A stretch of 64,000 bases of DNA, from the IMG/VR virus record IMGVR_UViG_3300031867_000009, positions 1-64,000 of that record; one strand, 5' to 3'. The stretch's first letter is position 1. Each line of letters begins with the position of its first letter. Shown piece after piece: positions 60,301 to 64,000 of the stretch. The position numbers and the translations under genes are program-made. The notes beneath the pieces were generated by a model, which searched no databases, was not told the DNA's origin, and worked only from the letters and a program-made list of their open reading frames with translations. The stretch is from a virus (lineage: Duplodnaviria > Caudoviricetes).

Positions 60301-60397
60301 ACGTCCTTTAGAACATGGAAATAGAATTAATATTACTTCACAAGATATAGCAAATAAAGGTATTTTTGAATGTGAAGTTATAATACAGGAGGTTTAA
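54317..60397 (+). CDS. Tal/tail-tip host-specificity protein (2026 aa)
   Basis: NGEKTLTF, G.NL.GI.R.ID..EIVTKL, PKVSY...VGD motifs, DGG.NW.TAI...G, C-terminal collagen-like GPQGPAG. Confidence 0.75.
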   Translation: MGVIKKKPYEISVWEDRLVTENDISYYKEIKLAVIGSDKMESPNRVFDPVLIENVNGEKTLTFSLAYKYYDEYEGELVTNSFYKYLINERKVKLFYNDEWNEFVIKECEESSEENIFKYTAKELFSLELAKLGYNVTLDTELNNNQGTIIELAKKVLKDTDWEVDEDNSDLLTQYVQEPLYKIEIQLSEGQDTLEVLNLDTNKLIDINNGEIIYIFYSFINNKETANVQFIREADRAKFFIDDDNVIKSTNYRFTQPVQYITDSESGEVIRIEDIGEVDSLYLSNQGYRLVYKILTTYDPIMNRTVEIYNMPYEDGIQEIYHFLDYNYTTSDIVVSYVTNGSNFELFEDGDIQGWYNTTPTSTESDIPILQPISTTTYPELAATADLQLLDELSEINGYIELKFNNALTENYENTYFNEGFEHSASIIDHISSGEKFILRTRYYTANSKHGDLIEGNPTGNNGGLRVIVAQYETVEQDCYLNEDAQEKSQSSKVKVYKILPNEIVLDFDGDFIYNPNLITNGVFESNDRKQYIVDNVVQAPSTAYIYKTAGDDTEYIWNCKNKQYVNKTEKGAELKFADYYYTIATAKGSFTNEQMQDPKLKLGVFVYTKDSDIIGKYTYLQDIQLTRYYEDGNKNPVTIGNAPTAISQDAHHYYLKPTTQVSDKEINTFGTLEALADELGADVNTITPVFNESSQKVLSIQANQSNYFNILQDLCEKFECWLDIRVSHEEDGSISLDKNFNPIKKVAFKEYAGKDNFAGFKNGINLTGITRNIDSNEIVTKLIVEPVQSEYSDTGSIEIQRAKSNSSGQSYILNFSYYLNRGLITETREEFNDALYQYNSQFSKLNKDIIEKQDELVQLSKSLTKISAERNSYTALLDEAHRSYNKAIEDFYKLTNWEYETFVTNYQNLENWAIKEPDQAKNYLKNDTVLDVVGQIYTATVTINNYTGILNNLNKEYQELDLKYNGAKEYGISVTYIPSNEIDINPSTKVVIDDYISGLQFQLLDTNLSPVVYHTTPNERIFNISNANPYQYIGFINIPEHYRLKYFNKDKSYILDRENAGRSFKIYDDITGETYNRRFVLVPDEDYAIQYKGIQKELEELTKQKEQLEKEFYKKYSRFLQEGTWSSQDYIDNELYYFDALQVSDTSAQPKVSYTINVLEVSQIDGLKSYDFRVGDKTYIEDTDFFGYLYQSTDVREPIEKDEDSSNRAPVDEDSIYDNDIPVIITTRTPVREEVIVSEIEWHFDEPDNNTITIQNYKTRFEDLFQRISATVQTVQRNEITYPKTSSILDQSGLINSNLLADSLNGIGGVGFALTTNGSVQATQDGLLIRDLLNPSNVMRLASSGLQVSTDGGANWGTAISAEGISTDILTAGTINTQRIWLMDGDNPSFRWDKAGLNAYGLDENGNDSYDLKTYVRFDKYGLYGIKNDEEYVASSLEDVRNKAFFGITWDGFFIKNSYTDGEVSITSDDDFVVKQNEQTRIKIGAVEKNAAGEPTKYGINIINDNGEIVFDTGDDGNVTVSGTINALAGNFTGQVNVGDPDDTHIIIDGRVDNPIIQSSNYSDGAGTGWIIDSRGDATFSNVSVRGAIKTAVFEYEEIQAVGGAFLFRPSSTIKSAKYVPLEETIEEIDDEGNTHIIDFYYYDDITGEKVYNDLIVTVEKPLMFRKGNWVKISNYNSLGVDPADDLTTYGLVHIYEISEIIQPVEPESGDDDHDEGEPENDIIDSNNNIEENEAFADEEVDEEEENSYGIVLKGGTAILEQTSLENVAGGALIDFGKANDDEHYDNGAHNYGIGVNSSDNYVNLPARAISLFETTIHPNDTTKVTYNYRGILGTLPRLPATDVDNDIYNRYMAGTQGIYTDNMYLGDDEQFLSFYTDTSDPLNPKKKLKIKANQVVFEVVDPDTHEPTGQWHDVNDIEAEGVPGPQGPAGQDAITVEIDSTAGVLFVNDIITSTLICTVKKGGVDITNDPNYNIYYTWKKRLSDGSGYDPDWGRPLEHGNRINITSQDIANKGIFECEVIIQEV

Positions 60398-60398
60398 G

Positions 60399-63080
60399 AT
60401 GTCAACACCGATAACTAGTTACGGTACAATTACAATTGTTGATTTAACTGATGTTGGACAATATAGTGTATATCCTTATGCTAATTCGTCTAATACACAA
60501 ATTTATAGTCAAGAAAATTTATCTTATAGTCCAAACTGGACCGCGCAAACTCCATTAATTATTACTCCAGTAATTACATATGCTGGAGAAGATAAAACTA
60601 CAGAATCATTGGTTAAATGGTATGAAAAAGGTGCTGATAGTGATACATTGATATCTACTATTAATGCTGGAGTAGCAGATAAAAGACTAACAATTACCTC
60701 TAATTTAACTAATGTATCTTATAAAACATATATAGTTGTAGCTAATTATACTTCAAATACTGGAGCAAAAGTAGAAGCAAGAGGTGAGATTAGTTTTAAT
60801 AAACTAATTCAAACTTCTACTTCTAAAGGAGTACAAATTACTGGTACTAATGTATTTAAATATCAAACTGGTCAAGCTAGTCCAACTGAAACTTCTATAG
60901 TATTAACTCCAACTCCACAGGGTGAAGTAGGTTTTGCCACAAATGCTTGGGAATATTGGAATGGTACCGCTTGGATAGCTACAAGTGGAATTTCAGGTTT
61001 AACAGAGAATAGTACTACACATGCTTTAACTGTACAACACACTTCACCTGCATTTAATGGCGGAGATGTTGCTAAATTTAAAGTTACAGTCAATGCTTTA
61101 TATAATGCTGAAACTAGAAGTGATATTTTTACCATTACTAAATTACGTGATGGTGCCGCGGGTGGTTCTTTGGTACAAATGGACCTATCTAATGATGACC
61201 AAATGATTCCTTTAAATAGTGATGGTGAAGCACAATGGGCCTCTATTGGCAATTTAGCTGGTACTCAAATTACAGTATTTGAAGGTAATGTAAATAAAAC
61301 TGCTAATTTAGGTACTGGTAATAGTGTTAAGGTTTATTTGACTAATGTCAATGCTAAAACTATTAAAAATTTTGGACAATCTGGACAAACCGATTCAGGT
61401 GGAGCTTCTTTAACGCCTGCTAATACAGTTAGTGGCTATACAATGGATTTAGCTAATGGTTATGATGCTATATTAGTTACCAGTTTTACTCAAGATGGAA
61501 ACAATGAATATTATACCTCTGGTAGCGTACGTTTTGTATTAACTTATAATGGAGTTACTTATTCTAAAATTTTCTCATTAATTGGTATTGAAGCTGGTGA
61601 AGATGGTGAAACTCCAGTTGTATATGCATTAGAATTTTCAGATGCAGTTAAGCGTATTAACAATGCTGCACAAGGAGCTACAACTGATTCATGGGTTTAT
61701 TATCCTACAACGTTAACAGTAACTGCAAAAAGTAGTAATAGTACTAATACATATGCAGGAGCTATTTGGTATAAACGTAAAGGAGATTCTAGTTGGACAA
61801 GATTAACTACTAATGGCACCGCGAATATTACTGTAGCTAGTAGTTTAACAGTAGATAAATCACCAGTATTATTTAGATTAACAACTGCTACGGCGAGTAA
61901 TTGTAATGAGTATTTTGACCAAGAAAGTATTCTTATTACTTCAGATGGTTCAGTAGGTAAAGAAGGTGCTCAAGGTGATGAAGGTGTTAGTGCTTTAAAT
62001 GTAGTGTTAACTAATGAAAACCAATCTATTAGAGTAACATCTGATTATAAAACAATTGCTCAGACTCTTACAACTAAATATCAAGGATATATAGGTACGG
62101 AAGCAACAACTTTTACTTATGCTGGAGCAACTTATGATCAAAATGTACCAAGTGGATTATTTGGAACAATTGGCGTAAATCAAGGTGTTATATCTATTCC
62201 TATTAATGAAAAAGTAAATATAGCTAGTTATTTAGATGGTTCTATTACTTTTGGATTTACTTATACAGATCCAGATGATAGTAGTTCTACAACCACTTTA
62301 TATAAAAAATTTACTTTTGATATGAATCCACGAGGTGAAAATGCAATTACTTTGCAATTAATTCCTTCTGGAGCAACATATTTTAAAAATGGTTCTGGCA
62401 GCGTAACAATTACTCCAAAATTAAATAATGGAAGTGATATTTCTTCTTCTAATTATAATGTATTGTGGAAAAATGCAATTACAGATGCTTCTTTAGGAAC
62501 AGGTTCTACTTTAACGGTTAGTGGGTCTAATGTTGATGGTGTATTATCTGTTTTATGTAGAGTTGAATATCCAAAGAATAGTAATAAGTATTATACGCAA
62601 TATATTTCCTTTACTGATTATGATGACCCATTACAGGTACAGTTAATTTGTACTCTTGGAGAAACAATTGTTAATAGTATTGGTGAAGGAGTTATCTATG
62701 CACTAACTACACAAGCAGGTAATAGCCAAGCTTTAGACTATGTAATGCCTGGTATTGCAGTTGATGATACATTAACTGGCCACACTGAACCACAACTGTT
62801 CTTGTTAACTAAGAGTCAAGGTGCAGTTACTGGTATTACTTTAAAAAATAAATCGGGCACTACTGCTGGTACTTATACAAACGCTGACTTAAGTACTTTA
62901 AGTTATAGTTGGAGTTTTAGGGATATTGAAGGAGAACCGATTGATATTGCAGATTTAAAAGATTTAGGCATGTATATTTCATCTGGTGCTAGCGGTTCAG
63001 ACAATGGACAGTTTGTATATATAAATGCTAATGTAATAAAGAAAAAATTAATGTGTTACGTAGCTGTAACAAAAAGTTAA
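60399..63080 (+). CDS. Tail fibre/Ig-like repeat structural protein
   Basis: YGTITIVDLTD start, repeated Thr-rich beta modules separated by DG..G linkers (LSNDDQ, LTNENQ). Confidence 0.6.
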   Translation: MSTPITSYGTITIVDLTDVGQYSVYPYANSSNTQIYSQENLSYSPNWTAQTPLIITPVITYAGEDKTTESLVKWYEKGADSDTLISTINAGVADKRLTITSNLTNVSYKTYIVVANYTSNTGAKVEARGEISFNKLIQTSTSKGVQITGTNVFKYQTGQASPTETSIVLTPTPQGEVGFATNAWEYWNGTAWIATSGISGLTENSTTHALTVQHTSPAFNGGDVAKFKVTVNALYNAETRSDIFTITKLRDGAAGGSLVQMDLSNDDQMIPLNSDGEAQWASIGNLAGTQITVFEGNVNKTANLGTGNSVKVYLTNVNAKTIKNFGQSGQTDSGGASLTPANTVSGYTMDLANGYDAILVTSFTQDGNNEYYTSGSVRFVLTYNGVTYSKIFSLIGIEAGEDGETPVVYALEFSDAVKRINNAAQGATTDSWVYYPTTLTVTAKSSNSTNTYAGAIWYKRKGDSSWTRLTTNGTANITVASSLTVDKSPVLFRLTTATASNCNEYFDQESILITSDGSVGKEGAQGDEGVSALNVVLTNENQSIRVTSDYKTIAQTLTTKYQGYIGTEATTFTYAGATYDQNVPSGLFGTIGVNQGVISIPINEKVNIASYLDGSITFGFTYTDPDDSSSTTTLYKKFTFDMNPRGENAITLQLIPSGATYFKNGSGSVTITPKLNNGSDISSSNYNVLWKNAITDASLGTGSTLTVSGSNVDGVLSVLCRVEYPKNSNKYYTQYISFTDYDDPLQVQLICTLGETIVNSIGEGVIYALTTQAGNSQALDYVMPGIAVDDTLTGHTEPQLFLLTKSQGAVTGITLKNKSGTTAGTYTNADLSTLSYSWSFRDIEGEPIDIADLKDLGMYISSGASGSDNGQFVYINANVIKKKLMCYVAVTKS

Positions 63081-63094
63081 TTAAAATAAAATAT

Positions 63095-63155
63095 GTACAC
63101 TGCGCGGGGCTGCATATGTCGAAACACATGAGGTATGCGGTCGCCGCGAGTGTGC
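63095..63155 (+). other. GC-rich intergenic stem-loop element
   Basis: GTACACT/AGTGTGC, CGCGG/CCGCG, GGCTGCATA/TATGCGGTC, apical TGT-CGAA-ACA. Confidence 0.55.
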
Positions 63156-63182
63156 GGATTAAAATATAGGAGGGATTGTTCG

Positions 63183-64000
63183 ATGAGCCTACAAGTATGG
63201 CTACCTCTTACGAATGGAACATTAAAACAACAAGGGTTAAAAAATATATCAGCTACTATTGGAGGAACAGTAGGATTAACTGATGTGGGTAAATTGGGAA
63301 AATGTGCAACTATTGGTACTGCTGCGGGTGGAATTACTTTACCAGCATCTGCAATGACCTCTTTTACTGAATGTTCAGTTGCTTTTTGGATTAATATAAC
63401 TTCTTGGAATACTGATTGGGACACAATCTTTCAGGCGGGATTAGGTTCTACCCCATGGAATAACTATATTTTTGGGATATTAAGAAACCAAGGTAATTAT
63501 TTATGTTTTACCGTGTCTAATGGTTCTAGTACTTCTAGTGGTAGTTATGCTAGTTCTAATTTAACGGTTGGACAATGGATGCATTTGACTTTTACTTATG
63601 GGAATGGTAAATGTAAAATTTACATAAATGGAGTATTGGATAAAGAATATTCAACTTCAATAACTCCAAATTTTGCTGGTATTACCCATATTGCCATTGG
63701 ACGGAGTACAAATGGTTCTAACTATCAATGTAAGTGTAAGTTAAATGATTTTAGAATATATGACCATTGCCTTTCTCCAATGGAAGTTAAAGAACTTGCA
63801 AAAGGACTTGTATTGCATTATCCTTTAAATAGACAAGGCTGGGGACAGGAGAACCAACTTAAAAATAGTAATTTCTTTAATGGAACTAATTCTTGGTATA
63901 GTGTTAATTCTTCGTCTATTCGGGTCGAAACTAAAGATGGATACACATGCGGCACTGGAACAAAAGGGACTTCTGCTAATATAATAGGACAAACCAGTGC
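63183..64000 (+). CDS. LamG/ConA-like domain tail protein (3'-truncated, not in ORF track)
   Basis: AGGAGG RBS. MSLQVWLPL...SVAFW...WMHLTFTY...IYING...LNDFRIYDHCLS...GLVLHYPL. Open to the window end. Confidence 0.75.
   Translation, partial: MSLQVWLPLTNGTLKQQGLKNISATIGGTVGLTDVGKLGKCATIGTAAGGITLPASAMTSFTECSVAFWINITSWNTDWDTIFQAGLGSTPWNNYIFGILRNQGNYLCFTVSNGSSTSSGSYASSNLTVGQWMHLTFTYGNGKCKIYINGVLDKEYSTSITPNFAGITHIAIGRSTNGSNYQCKCKLNDFRIYDHCLSPMEVKELAKGLVLHYPLNRQGWGQENQLKNSNFFNGTNSWYSVNSSSIRVETKDGYTCGTGTKGTSANIIGQTS

Noticed and set aside
1604-63424. Many antisense or alternate-frame ORFs in the track (e.g. 1604..1927, 4168..4476, 20482..20967, 31583..31804, 41082..41693, 63077..63424)
   Set aside because: They are shadows of well-supported genes on the other strand or frame, with no RBS or recognisable motifs.
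1-64000. Genome-wide stop-codon reassignment
   Set aside because: Long genes are intact in code 11, and TAA, TAG and TGA all end genes at sensible positions.
1-64000. tRNA genes, CRISPR arrays, integrase, DGR reverse transcriptase, endolysin
   Set aside because: None recognisable in this window; they may lie elsewhere in the genome.

Overview
This is a 64-kb stretch of a large, AT-rich tailed phage (siphovirus-type), most likely infecting an anaerobic Firmicute. Host inference rests on sigma-A-type promoters, strong GGAGG RBSs and a class III RNR. There are three blocks. (i) 1-19.2 kb, + strand: head and tail morphogenesis (portal, protease/scaffold, decoration protein, major capsid, head-tail joining, two tail-tube paralogues, 3290-aa tape measure). 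(ii) 19.25-51.2 kb, mostly - strand: replication and nucleotide metabolism (RuvC-like resolvase, dUTPase, ThyX-like protein, NrdG, FNT channel, NrdD, DnaE, RecJ, primase, DnaB, AAA/Sak4-like protein, SSB-like protein, GyrA, GyrB, mini-UvrD, several endonucleases), in an SPbeta-like order. (iii) 51.3-64 kb, + strand: holin-like gene, Dit, Tal and fibre/LamG genes. The most striking signal is in dnaE. The conserved PHP motif LHNHTD is split by an 8-nt coding gap, CAT-AAC-TGA-GG-AAC-CAC (matched codon, stop, matched codon, with flanking stem-loops), which looks like programmed ribosomal bypassing. Other highlights: a formate-channel gene between nrdD and nrdG; GC-rich structured intergenic elements sharing a GYACACT(C)GCG motif; strong enrichment of GCGGCCGC/CGCG words with GATC avoidance; a nested scaffold start; a membrane-anchored GIY-YIG nuclease. 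All calls come from motif recognition by eye; no database searches were run.
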